Made by a program: the position numbers and the translations under genes. A DNA stretch of 64,000 nucleotides from Acinetobacter phage vB_ApiM_fHyAci03: sequence record NC_049438.1, one strand, 5' to 3'. This document shows positions 44,560 to 52,548 of this stretch, piece after piece; position 1 is the first letter of the stretch; each line of letters opens with the position of its first letter. The notes under the pieces were generated by a model. It worked only from the letters and a program-made list of their open reading frames with translations, was not told the DNA's origin and made no database searches.

Positions 44560-44802
44560 TTACTTCAATTTAATTTTGGCTTCAAATACGTAGCGATAAT
44601 TGTTATCACATAATATTTCAGCTCGTTCATATGTTGTGGCCATTCGCAATACTGCTCCAGTATATGAAACGATTGCAAAAACACAATCAGTTGAATCCGG
44701 TGATGCGATATCACCAACTTTAAAACGAAGTTTTCTATAAGTATATTTATCATCATACTTACATAAGAATTTGGCTAAACTTAACGAGAATGTGAATCTC
44801 AT
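44560..44802 (-). CDS. hypothetical protein (80 aa)
   Basis: ORF track. Confidence 0.4.
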   Translation of the reverse strand: MRFTFSLSLAKFLCKYDDKYTYRKLRFKVGDIASPDSTDCVFAIVSYTGAVLRMATTYERAEILCDNNYRYVFEAKIKLK

Positions 44803-44907
44803 AACTTTACCGTCTTCGTTAAAAATTCCATAGATGCTTCGTTGAGAAGTTTTATCTATGCAGTTTCGACAGATCTAATGTTTCATATTTATCCTCATTA
44901 AATTAAA

Positions 44908-44985
44908 TGGTACATGACCTCGGACTCGAACCGAGAGGCTCTTGTTTCTAAGACAAGAAGGTATACCAATTCCCGTCAGTCATGC
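44908..44985 (-). tRNA. tRNA with anticodon UAG (Leu codon CUA) but type-I (short variable arm) architecture; identity uncertain
   Basis: Hand fold: acceptor GCATGAC/GTCATGT (one GU), anticodon arm CTTGT-CTTAGAA-ACAAG, T arm CTCGG-TTCGAGT-CCGAG, CCA encoded; irregular D arm. Confidence 0.5.
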
Positions 44986-45064
44986 ATGGTGGATACTGGG
45001 AGTGCTCGCACCTCCAATCAACTACGTTGTCCGCTGCTTTACTATTTAAGCTAACAGTACCCAA

Positions 45065-45140
45065 TGGAGACGTCGACTGGACTTGAACCAGCATCGTCAC
45101 GGATTTGCAATCCGTCGTATAACCATTCTACCACAACGTC
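45065..45140 (-). tRNA. tRNA-Cys (anticodon GCA)
   Basis: Hand fold: acceptor GACGTTG/CGACGTC (one GU), anticodon arm ACGGA-TTGCAAA-TCCGT, T loop TTCAAGT, discriminator T, CCA encoded; 76 nt. Confidence 0.65.
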
Positions 45141-45147
45141 TTAAACT

Positions 45148-45222
45148 TGGTGGGCCCAGGGAATTTCGAAATCCCAACCTTCAGATTATGAGTCTGCTGC
45201 TCTACCATTGAGCTACACGAGT
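45148..45222 (-). tRNA. tRNA-Ile/Met-like (anticodon CAU) with non-pairing acceptor stem; possible pseudo-tRNA
   Basis: Canonical D arm TAGCTCAATGGTAGAGC, anticodon loop CTCATAA, T arm GGGAT-TTCGAAA-TTCCC, 3' TGGGCCC-A-CCA; but 5' strand ACTCGTG cannot pair with 3' TGGGCCC. Confidence 0.45.
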
Positions 45223-45306
45223 ATAAAAGTAACTTTTTAATATCAGCATCTATTAATTGATATTAAAAAGTTACCTCAATTAAGAGGTAACCCGAGGTAA
45301 TTCAAA

Positions 45307-45582
45307 TTATTGAACCAAACCTAATTGAGCAGCTTCTTCATAATCCGATTGTTCGATAGCATCTAAGATCGTATCAAATGATTCATCAACAATAGTTTGA
45401 ATGACTTGTCCATTTCGAGCTTCAAATGTTACAGCTACTAAGCCGTTTTCATATTGTAAGAGGCCAATGATTTTAGCAGCATCAAGAACAAAACGGCTAA
45501 CATTTGTGTTTTGTTCAACAGCGCGAGATACAGTAAGAGCAATGCGAGTAGCCATGATGTTTTCCTTTAAGGTTGAGTACAA
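45307..45582 (-). CDS. hypothetical protein (91 aa; internal-protein position)
   Basis: ORF track. Confidence 0.45.
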   Translation of the reverse strand: MYSTLKENIMATRIALTVSRAVEQNTNVSRFVLDAAKIIGLLQYENGLVAVTFEARNGQVIQTIVDESFDTILDAIEQSDYEEAAQLGLVQ

Positions 45583-45588
45583 AAATAT

Positions 45589-45804
45589 TTATTCAGCAGT
45601 TTTTGAACGTTTTTCAATAATTGCTGAGATTAATGCAAAAATCATTGAGATTGAAATAAATTTTAAAGATGTTAATCCTAAAGCTTTAATTTCAGCATTA
45701 GTCATGAATATACCGAATACTGCAGTAGTCAATGCAATTACCATGCCAACGAAAAAGATCCAATAGGCAGAAGTTTCAAAAAATTCAATAACTTTAGCAT
45801 TCAT
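45589..45804 (-). CDS. small membrane protein (71 aa)
   Basis: ORF track; two hydrophobic helices. Confidence 0.4.
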   Translation of the reverse strand: MNAKVIEFFETSAYWIFFVGMVIALTTAVFGIFMTNAEIKALGLTSLKFISISMIFALISAIIEKRSKTAE

Positions 45805-45890
45805 GATAATTTACTCAATGATTTATTTGATAAAACTATAATAACACAATTAATTTGCAATGTAAACTGCTTTATGAAATAATTTTCAAA

Positions 45891-46346
45891 TTATGCAGTC
45901 CACTCTAAATCAAGATCTTGTACATATTCACTTGCAGCAATAATCGGGTTGCTAATGAAATCTGCCTTTGGTAACTCACGTTGTCCAATATCATATGATA
46001 ATGTAACATGTGGTTGATAGTCAGGAAAATCATAAGTTGCACCTAATGCCATTGCATATTTAAAGCGCTCATGAAGATAATCTGAATCAATGAGTATAAC
46101 AAGAGCTCGTTCACCTGTTTTAGTGTCAAAAACCTTTAACTTACCGGTGACACCAATTTGTTCGCCTATCAACTGTGGCTGATAAGGAATTTTCACCCGA
46201 GAATATGCAATTGTGCAATGCAATTTGTCTCGCGGGACAGGCTTGTAGAGATCCAATGATTTTTGGATCTCTTGTAACAAGTCTAATGTTTCATCAGCGA
46301 AATTGATTGCGGCATAAGTACCTTTGCCAACTTCACTTAGTTTCAT
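45891..46346 (-). CDS. 57B: gp57B-like protein (151 aa)
   Basis: Size and position upstream of 57A/1 as in T4. Confidence 0.5.
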   Translation of the reverse strand: MKLSEVGKGTYAAINFADETLDLLQEIQKSLDLYKPVPRDKLHCTIAYSRVKIPYQPQLIGEQIGVTGKLKVFDTKTGERALVILIDSDYLHERFKYAMALGATYDFPDYQPHVTLSYDIGQRELPKADFISNPIIAASEYVQDLDLEWTA

Positions 46347-46585
46347 TATTCAGCCTCTGGTTCAGCTTTGGCTTCTTCATCACCAACAGCAAGACCAGCT
46401 ACAGCTTGAACGATTGTATCTAATTCAAGGTTGCCGGTTTCATCCGGTTGCAAACCTAAAATTTGTGCAATAGATTGAAGTGTTTGAGATAATTGTTGAT
46501 TGTGCTGATGAAGCGCCTGATTAGCTTCGATAGCATCTAACAATTTTGCTTTAGTTTCAAGTAATGTTTGGTTAACGTCTGTCAT
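46346..46585 (-). CDS. 57A: tail-fibre assembly chaperone gp57A
   Basis: 79 aa, Gln/Leu-rich coiled coil, acidic C-terminus; same size and position as T4 gp57A. Confidence 0.6.
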   Translation of the reverse strand: MTDVNQTLLETKAKLLDAIEANQALHQHNQQLSQTLQSIAQILGLQPDETGNLELDTIVQAVAGLAVGDEEAKAEPEAE

Positions 46586-47309
46586 TTTGTAATACCTCTG
46601 TGTGAAATAAATTCGAAATTTTCTGTTTAAATTCCTCTAATGTTCCATCATTATGGATGACTGGATCACCTGGTTGCCGTTGAAGTCCTGCTTCAGTAAT
46701 GTGATTGTCTGCATTAGTGTTAGTATTTATACTATCACGCTCTACAAAAATTAATCGTGCGTTGATGAAACGCATAAAATCAATTTCATGTTGTTGACGA
46801 ATGTCTGTGACAATAAAAATCTTCGCGCCATTTGCAAATTCGGTGATGTACTGATTCATCATTAAACGAAGCCAGAAATATTTGTCATAGTGTTCACAAA
46901 CAAGATCTGTGCCTAAAATTTGCATAAGTCTGCGAACTGTCCACGGCTCTATATTTCTATTGATGCTATTAAAAACACTCAAATAACTTTCGAAACCAGA
47001 GGTCAAGTTTTCACGAAGACCGTATTGCTCAATGAGAATTTTAATACATTTTCGAAGCCAATCATTTACATCAGAATTTGACAAAATCAACGGGGATTCT
47101 CTATCGTATGGAGAGTCGCCATTAAAATCAGCAAATGATAAGCTTAACCCAGACTTTGTTGAAAGATTCAATTCAGAATAGGTTTCAAATAATACCTTTT
47201 TGATGGGCAGAGCAAGTGCATATTTGACCGCACCTAGCTCTTCTACCATGTAATCAGCCATAGTGTCTTTGCCACTACGTTTCTTACCTACAATAGAAAC
47301 AATTGTCAT
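46572..47309 (-). CDS. 1: deoxynucleoside monophosphate kinase gp1
   Basis: 245 aa; VGKKRSGKDTMADY P-loop, RRLMQILGTDL, HITEAGL motifs colinear with T4 gp1. Confidence 0.85.
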   Translation of the reverse strand: MTIVSIVGKKRSGKDTMADYMVEELGAVKYALALPIKKVLFETYSELNLSTKSGLSLSFADFNGDSPYDRESPLILSNSDVNDWLRKCIKILIEQYGLRENLTSGFESYLSVFNSINRNIEPWTVRRLMQILGTDLVCEHYDKYFWLRLMMNQYITEFANGAKIFIVTDIRQQHEIDFMRFINARLIFVERDSINTNTNADNHITEAGLQRQPGDPVIHNDGTLEEFKQKISNLFHTEVLQNDRR

Positions 47310-47875
47310 AAGATTTCTCGTTTGCCGTTCATTAACATATCCGAAATACTTTTCCGTGTTTCTATTATAACACCATTTTTTTCTACAGTGAAGTAGCTAT
47401 ATTGAAAGGTTACGTTAGCAAAAATAGCCGGGTCTGATTCTTCTGTGTAATTGAATTCAAGGTCACCAATAACTTGTGGCCACGCGTCATGATAGTGAAT
47501 TGACATAAGTGGTGTCGTTTTATCATTAGATAATATGTGCAGTGTTATAAATTCTGGCAAGACACCAGGATTAGCACCATTATTGTCATGAGTTAGATAG
47601 TTATTGATTGATAGCATCCATGTATAAATGTCTGTCCATGCATCTAGATTTTCATCGATTAGCACGCGGCATACCAATGGCTCAAATTCAAATGTTGAAC
47701 CTGGGCGGTTAGCACGCCCGAGGCCTTTATTGCCTAGTGCCATATTGACTGTTGGTATACTGATACCTGGGATTAATGCAGATTGGACATTGAGTTTGAA
47801 AGCATCGGTGATTTTAGCATCAGGGATGTCCAATACAAAGTTAGTTATGTTAGTTTGGTTAAATTGTAGTGTCAT
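47306..47875 (-). CDS. 3: tail completion / sheath stabiliser gp3
   Basis: 189 aa; synteny 4-2-3-1 as in T4. Confidence 0.6.
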   Translation of the reverse strand: MTLQFNQTNITNFVLDIPDAKITDAFKLNVQSALIPGISIPTVNMALGNKGLGRANRPGSTFEFEPLVCRVLIDENLDAWTDIYTWMLSINNYLTHDNNGANPGVLPEFITLHILSNDKTTPLMSIHYHDAWPQVIGDLEFNYTEESDPAIFANVTFQYSYFTVEKNGVIIETRKSISDMLMNGKREIL

Positions 47876-47920
47876 AATGTGCCTTGTTTAAAATTTGATC
47901 ACTTAGCTTGTTAAGCCCTG

Positions 47921-47947
47921 TGCTTTACAAAATTTTGATGTTATAAT
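47921..47947 (+). promoter_or_regulatory. middle-promoter-like element (MotA-box-like TGCTTTA + TATAAT) in gp3-gp2 intergenic region
   Basis: TGCTTTA at 47921-47927, 14-nt spacer, TATAAT at 47942-47947; part of duplicated 58-bp block. Confidence 0.45.
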
Positions 47948-47953
47948 GGTTCT

Positions 47954-48092
47954 ACCGGTTCACCGCTCTAATTATATCTATTCGGTCGGAGAAGATAGAG
48001 TTTCAGATGATATAGATGTATCTGATATATCTGCATTGAAAATATAGAATATTGTGCTGCGCACAATGATGCGCAGCATCTAATTTATTTCT
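47954..48092 (+). ncRNA. candidate ~135-nt small RNA (promoter to bidirectional terminator) between gp3 and gp2
   Basis: Promoter-like -10 at 47942, no ORF >8 codons, strong terminator hairpin + ATCTAATTTATTTCTT at 48056-48093. Confidence 0.3.
48056..48077 (-). terminator. terminator hairpin immediately after gp2 stop (also 3' end of candidate + strand sRNA)
   Basis: GCTGCGCA-CAATGA-TGCGCAGC perfect 8-bp stem. Confidence 0.6.
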
Positions 48093-48924
48093 TCCATACT
48101 TTTGAGGCTGCAAAACGTTTACCTTGTGATACAAATTGTTGAAGTGGCATTAACACGACATTACCCCAATCAGCAGGTTTAATTTCAACGAATCTGCCTT
48201 TTACATGAGCAGGCAAATATGCTTTAATCATTACATCAGCGCCATTGAAGCCTTTAACTTTTGACCAATCAATTTTAAGCACAGTATTATTTGTGATAGT
48301 TTTTGTAGATGAATAACTTTTTAATAACTCTTCTAAAAATTGTTGTCGTGCTTTAGGTGGAATATAATGCAAGTTAAGGCCATGAAATAAAGTTGTGCCT
48401 GCAACTTTGGAACGGGACGTTCCTAAAAATATGATAAGTGGATATTTATCCCAAAATGGTAACTTATCTTTATGTTTAGCATCATATATGAAAGCATAAA
48501 GTTTACCCGGCTGTGGCTTGACCACAGAGTGTCCTCGGACACCTTTAGCAAGAGTTTCTTTAAACCATTTCTCAGATTTATTGTTTACTGCTGCACCTTC
48601 ATTACGAATTTTTTCTCGCATCGATTGTCTAAAGCTATTAATCAAAATTGCTTCACGTTCTTTAGGTGTCAACTTATTTTTAGGTTTGTTCTTAGCCACT
48701 TCAGCTGCATAAGCGAGCTTGATTTTATCTCTATAACGTGTCATGCTTCTAGTAAAAGTCGCATATGGGATTCCACGTTCTTCGGCAAATGCTTTACCTT
48801 GTACGCCTTTAGCTTTGGCCTTGTACCAATCAACACCAATATTAACCCATGCTAGTTCTTGGCGTGTGATTTTAGGCTGAAGATTTTTTGGCACTTCGGC
48901 TTCATCTAATTGAAAAATACTCAT
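48085..48924 (-). CDS. 2: DNA end-protector protein gp2
   Basis: 279 aa vs T4 274 aa; synteny; basic protein. Confidence 0.7.
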   Translation of the reverse strand: MSIFQLDEAEVPKNLQPKITRQELAWVNIGVDWYKAKAKGVQGKAFAEERGIPYATFTRSMTRYRDKIKLAYAAEVAKNKPKNKLTPKEREAILINSFRQSMREKIRNEGAAVNNKSEKWFKETLAKGVRGHSVVKPQPGKLYAFIYDAKHKDKLPFWDKYPLIIFLGTSRSKVAGTTLFHGLNLHYIPPKARQQFLEELLKSYSSTKTITNNTVLKIDWSKVKGFNGADVMIKAYLPAHVKGRFVEIKPADWGNVVLMPLQQFVSQGKRFAASKVWKK

Positions 48925-48932
48925 AATAACTC

Positions 48933-49388
48933 CTAAATTTTCATCCCAAGTTTCCTGAGTCCTTCTTCCGTCAGTACTCTGAATTTTACATTTCGTTTTT
49001 CAGCTAGCGCTTGTGCTGCTTTCCACTTATCTAAGTTCACTTGCCATGTGTAGCATTCATTTTCATATCTACGTTTTGCACCGGCGGTCAATTTTGCAGG
49101 AGGCTTTGGAGGCATAGTTTCTTTCTTTGGCTTAATTTCAATGAAGAATTCTTGCCCTTCATGTGTTTTGAACCAAATGTCCATAAAGTAACGACGTTTA
49201 CGTCCATCTGCATGAGAAAAATATTGGATGACCACCTCTTCACTTGACCAGTACTTTACACGAGGATCAGTATCTAACCAGTTGAAGTACCACTTCTCCC
49301 ATGACGACCTATATGTTACTTTGTCAACATGCCCTTTGTACTTTGACTTATTTTTGACGATGTACTTACCGCTGTATGCCACATTCAT
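48933..49388 (-). CDS. 4: head completion protein gp4
   Basis: 151 aa vs T4 150 aa; synteny; late promoter TATAAATA upstream on minus strand. Confidence 0.7.
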   Translation of the reverse strand: MNVAYSGKYIVKNKSKYKGHVDKVTYRSSWEKWYFNWLDTDPRVKYWSSEEVVIQYFSHADGRKRRYFMDIWFKTHEGQEFFIEIKPKKETMPPKPPAKLTAGAKRRYENECYTWQVNLDKWKAAQALAEKRNVKFRVLTEEGLRKLGMKI

Positions 49389-49397
49389 ACCTCCATT

Positions 49398-49405
49398 TAT
49401 AAATA
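49398..49405 (+). promoter_or_regulatory. T4-type late promoter TATAAATA (for 53-5-6... baseplate operon)
   Basis: Exact TATAAATA ~35 nt upstream of gp53 GTG. Confidence 0.6.
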
Positions 49406-49420
49406 CTTTTATTAAAATTT

Positions 49421-49428
49421 TATTTATA
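49421..49428 (-). promoter_or_regulatory. T4-type late promoter TATAAATA (for gene 4, minus strand)
   Basis: Exact TATAAATA on minus strand ~30 nt upstream of gp4 ATG (49388). Confidence 0.6.
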
Positions 49429-49441
49429 AATGGAGATCGTT

Positions 49442-50035
49442 GTGATTAATTCTTACTTTGATCCAGTTCCTTATGCTGCAAAAACAGTTAACATCAATGC
49501 TCCAGAAAGATTGATGACTAACATATTCAAAAATTATACTGCGTTTTTTAAAAATGTTGCATCAAAATACAATCTTATAACATATTATATCCAAGGTGCA
49601 CCAAGACCTGAAGCATTGTCATATGAGCTCTATAACAACACACAATTTTATTGGGCTCTAACAATGGCAAATGATTGCTATGATCCTTATCATGATTGGA
49701 TCAAATCACAAGAAGCATGTTATGAATCAGTTGCACAAATATACGATCGACCTGAAGAAGTAATAGTTTACCATATTGATGCCAGAGGCGAACGATATTA
49801 CAATCTTATTCAATACGATGACGAGCCTGGCGTTTGGTACGACAAGGGCGATAAAAACAGAAAATATCCGCAATTTAAAGGTGCTTTAGCAGCGGTCAAT
49901 GCATATGAAGATGCATTAATGGAAAATGAAAAGAAGCGTGAAATTAAAATTATTTCACCTACTGATATTGACAACTTTGTTGCAGATTTGATTAAAGAAA
50001 TGGAGAAGAGCTTAAATGAGACTACAATCAGATGA
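49442..50035 (+). CDS. 53: baseplate wedge protein gp53
   Basis: Colinear with T4 gp53 (FDP..YAAKTVN.NAP, YYI.G.PRPE, YWDKGDK.RKYPQ..GALAAV); GTG start at 49442 with GGAG SD preferred over ATG 49430. Confidence 0.8.
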   Translation: MINSYFDPVPYAAKTVNINAPERLMTNIFKNYTAFFKNVASKYNLITYYIQGAPRPEALSYELYNNTQFYWALTMANDCYDPYHDWIKSQEACYESVAQIYDRPEEVIVYHIDARGERYYNLIQYDDEPGVWYDKGDKNRKYPQFKGALAAVNAYEDALMENEKKREIKIISPTDIDNFVADLIKEMEKSLNETTIR

Positions 50036-51800
50036 TGTTAAATGGTGGGTAGGAGTCGTTGAAGATCGTCTTGACCCATTGCAACAAGGACGTGTCAGAG
50101 TACGTGTTGTAGGCGTTCATCCATTTTCAAGGATTCAAGGCGAGTTTTCAGGGTTGCCGGTCGAAGATTTACCTTGGATGAGTGTACTTTTGCCTGTAAC
50201 TACTCCAGCAGTAGCAGGTGTATCTGGTGCGGTCACTGGACTCTTGCCTGGTTCTGGAGTATTTGGTATTTGGCTTGACAAATATAAAACAAACGGGCTT
50301 GTTCTAGGTTCATATTCAGGTAATCAAGTTAATATTCCAAATTCTGAAGAGGGATTCAGTGATCCATCAGGTCAATACCCTGATTATGCTGGGCCTGATA
50401 GTTCTGCGCTTAATGCCGGTGGTGCCTATGGGGATGCTGCAGGCGCCAATGCTAGTCAAAATGCCAACTCATCTACAGGTTTATGGCCTGGAGGAGCAGA
50501 TATTTCTGGGCCAGACGATTCGCCAAATTTTACTATCGAGAAAATGCTTAGAGGCGATGAAGGTGTTAAGAATACCGTGTATTGGGATCATTTAGGCTAC
50601 CCTACTGTAGGAATTGGTCACTTGATTTTATATCGTAAAACACGTGATATGGGGCTTATCCTTAAAAAGTTATCTAGTGACCTTGGACACTCGGTTGGTG
50701 CCACTATTTCACAAGCCGATATCTCTAAATTGTTTGTTTCTGATTTAGGCAAAACACAAGCTGAAATCAAAAAGAATCGTATTACAGGTCCAGTCTATGC
50801 TAAATGCAACCGTTCTAGACAAATGGCACTAGAAAATATGGCCTTCCAAATGGGAACTGGTGGTCTGGCCAAGTTTAAAAAGTCTTTAGCATTAATGGCA
50901 GAAGAAAAATGGGATGAGGCTGCAAAACAGCTTAAAAATTCTTTATGGGCTAGACAAACTCCGGGTAGAGCTAATCGTGTTTGTATGGTGATTAAGAACG
51001 GTAATCTAGGAGCTTATGGTGTTATACCTAGAAAACCACAACCGAATAGTAAATCTTTATCTGTTGTTCAGCCACTAAGCATGGGTTTTATGGATAACAA
51101 TTTTGACCCATATGACAAGTCAGATACAGAAATTTATCCTAATTATGACACTACTGAGACTAAGGATGGCATTGATGAAGATCTTAGTGTACCGTATGTT
51201 AGAGAACCGTCAGCCACATTATTTGTAGAGCCAAATAGCTCATATCAAGGAAATTATCCTTATGTGCAGGCTCTAACTACTGAAGGCGGTCATTCACAAG
51301 AATTTGACAACACTCCTGGACAAGAGCGTTATCGTATTCGTCATCCATCAGGCTCCTATGTCGAGGTGGCTCCAGATGGAAGAAAGACTGACAAATGCAC
51401 TGGTGATTTGTACCATTTAACTGATGGAGACAGAAATGAATTAACTTCTGGCGAACGCAGAGTTAATGTCGGCGGCAACGAGACATATATTAATTTTGCT
51501 GATGTGGTACGCCAAATTGAAGGATCAAACAGCACTAAAATCGCAGCTGATAATACTATCGAAGTAGCAGGCAATGAGACAAGAAAAATAACTGGCGATG
51601 GCACTATAGAAGTTTCTGGCAATTTAAAAATCATAGTTGCAGCAGATGCTTCTATTGAAGTTGGCGGCAATGCAAATCTTAAAGTGTCAGGGAATCTAAC
51701 TTCTAATATTAGTGGAAATTATAATATGACTGTCGGTGGCACATATACTATCAATTCAGGTACAGTTAATTGGAATGCACCACGTTACAATATGGTATAA
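50016..51800 (+). CDS. 5: baseplate hub / tail-associated lysozyme gp5
   Basis: 594 aa; N-term WWVGVVEDRLDPLQQGRVRVRV, central T4-lysozyme-like domain (YWDHLGYPTVGIGHL), C-terminal beta-helix repeats. Confidence 0.9.
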   Translation: MRLQSDDVKWWVGVVEDRLDPLQQGRVRVRVVGVHPFSRIQGEFSGLPVEDLPWMSVLLPVTTPAVAGVSGAVTGLLPGSGVFGIWLDKYKTNGLVLGSYSGNQVNIPNSEEGFSDPSGQYPDYAGPDSSALNAGGAYGDAAGANASQNANSSTGLWPGGADISGPDDSPNFTIEKMLRGDEGVKNTVYWDHLGYPTVGIGHLILYRKTRDMGLILKKLSSDLGHSVGATISQADISKLFVSDLGKTQAEIKKNRITGPVYAKCNRSRQMALENMAFQMGTGGLAKFKKSLALMAEEKWDEAAKQLKNSLWARQTPGRANRVCMVIKNGNLGAYGVIPRKPQPNSKSLSVVQPLSMGFMDNNFDPYDKSDTEIYPNYDTTETKDGIDEDLSVPYVREPSATLFVEPNSSYQGNYPYVQALTTEGGHSQEFDNTPGQERYRIRHPSGSYVEVAPDGRKTDKCTGDLYHLTDGDRNELTSGERRVNVGGNETYINFADVVRQIEGSNSTKIAADNTIEVAGNETRKITGDGTIEVSGNLKIIVAADASIEVGGNANLKVSGNLTSNISGNYNMTVGGTYTINSGTVNWNAPRYNMV

Positions 51801-51803
51801 CTT

Positions 51804-52262
51804 ATGGCAAAGATAGTTCCAGCAAGTACTAAATTATCTACAATTATGGAAGGTGATAACGTTAGTTTCACCTTCTCAGCCGAATTGGCTGCAACAGAAA
51901 AATTGGTTAGTTTAAAAATTATACAACACGACTTCCCGTCGTATATTTCTATTAATGGCGCAACATTTTCAGGAAGATTTACAAATTTATTCAAACTTCC
52001 GCTGAATTCATTAAAATATCGTAAAGGTCTAGAATATGGACAAGCAACAACTTTCGCTGAGTTACCGCCTAAAGGAACTGCTGACATATATTCGTTTACC
52101 GCTCCTAATGTTATGTTGAAAGATTTTAATTTAACAGTTCAATTAACATACACTGAAGAGGCAAACCCTACAACTGAATTAAATATAACTAATAGTTATA
52201 TTCAGCCCGTACAAGGAAATTGGGACACATTTAAACATCAATTTTTAGACTATGTGAGATAA
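51804..52262 (+). CDS. gp5.1-like protein (152 aa)
   Basis: Position between 5 and 5.4. Confidence 0.5.
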   Translation: MAKIVPASTKLSTIMEGDNVSFTFSAELAATEKLVSLKIIQHDFPSYISINGATFSGRFTNLFKLPLNSLKYRKGLEYGQATTFAELPPKGTADIYSFTAPNVMLKDFNLTVQLTYTEEANPTTELNITNSYIQPVQGNWDTFKHQFLDYVR

Positions 52263-52263
52263 T

Positions 52264-52539
52264 ATGGCATCTTTATCATTTGACAAGGCCATGACTACTG
52301 GTCACGGGCCATATCCACCTACACAAATAAATTCATCACAATCTAAATTCTTTGTAGAAAATAAAGCTGCATTAGTAACAGGCGATCTTGCCAATAATCA
52401 TGGGCATAGTCCTGTTGGTGCATGTATAGCATCTTCAACAAAATTTTTCATTGGTGGTAAGGCTGCAGTTCAGATAGGTGATCCACTTACAGATGGGGAT
52501 ACCGTTGCACAAGGCAGTTCAAAATTTTTCATAAATTAA
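52264..52539 (+). CDS. 5.4: PAAR-repeat spike tip protein gp5.4
   Basis: 91 aa; PAAR-like repeats (VTGDLANNHGHSPV...). Confidence 0.7.
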   Translation: MASLSFDKAMTTGHGPYPPTQINSSQSKFFVENKAALVTGDLANNHGHSPVGACIASSTKFFIGGKAAVQIGDPLTDGDTVAQGSSKFFIN

Positions 52540-52548
52540 GAGGCATCT

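Larger units (their letters stand above)
47921..48077 (+). repeat. copy B of conserved promoter/leader block + perfect hairpin GCTGCGCA-caatga-TGCGCAGC
   Basis: See copy A; hairpin 48056-48077 followed by T-rich tract on + strand and immediately 3' of gp2 stop on - strand. Confidence 0.7.

Noticed and set aside
16017-48077. Possibility that the two inverted 58-bp repeat copies are terminal inverted repeats of a composite transposon
   Set aside because: They are 32 kb apart and bracket essential replication, late-transcription and tRNA genes in conserved T4 order. No transposase is present. They are better explained as a duplicated promoter/leader cassette.
48472-48855. Plus-strand 127-aa and 64-aa ORFs inside gp2
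   Set aside because: Antisense to a conserved structural gene. Typical spurious ORF in AT-rich DNA.
51356-52087. Minus-strand ORFs of 104 and 100 aa
   Set aside because: Antisense to gp5 and gp5.1. The Ser/Pro/Thr-rich translation reflects the gp5 beta-helix repeats on the other strand.
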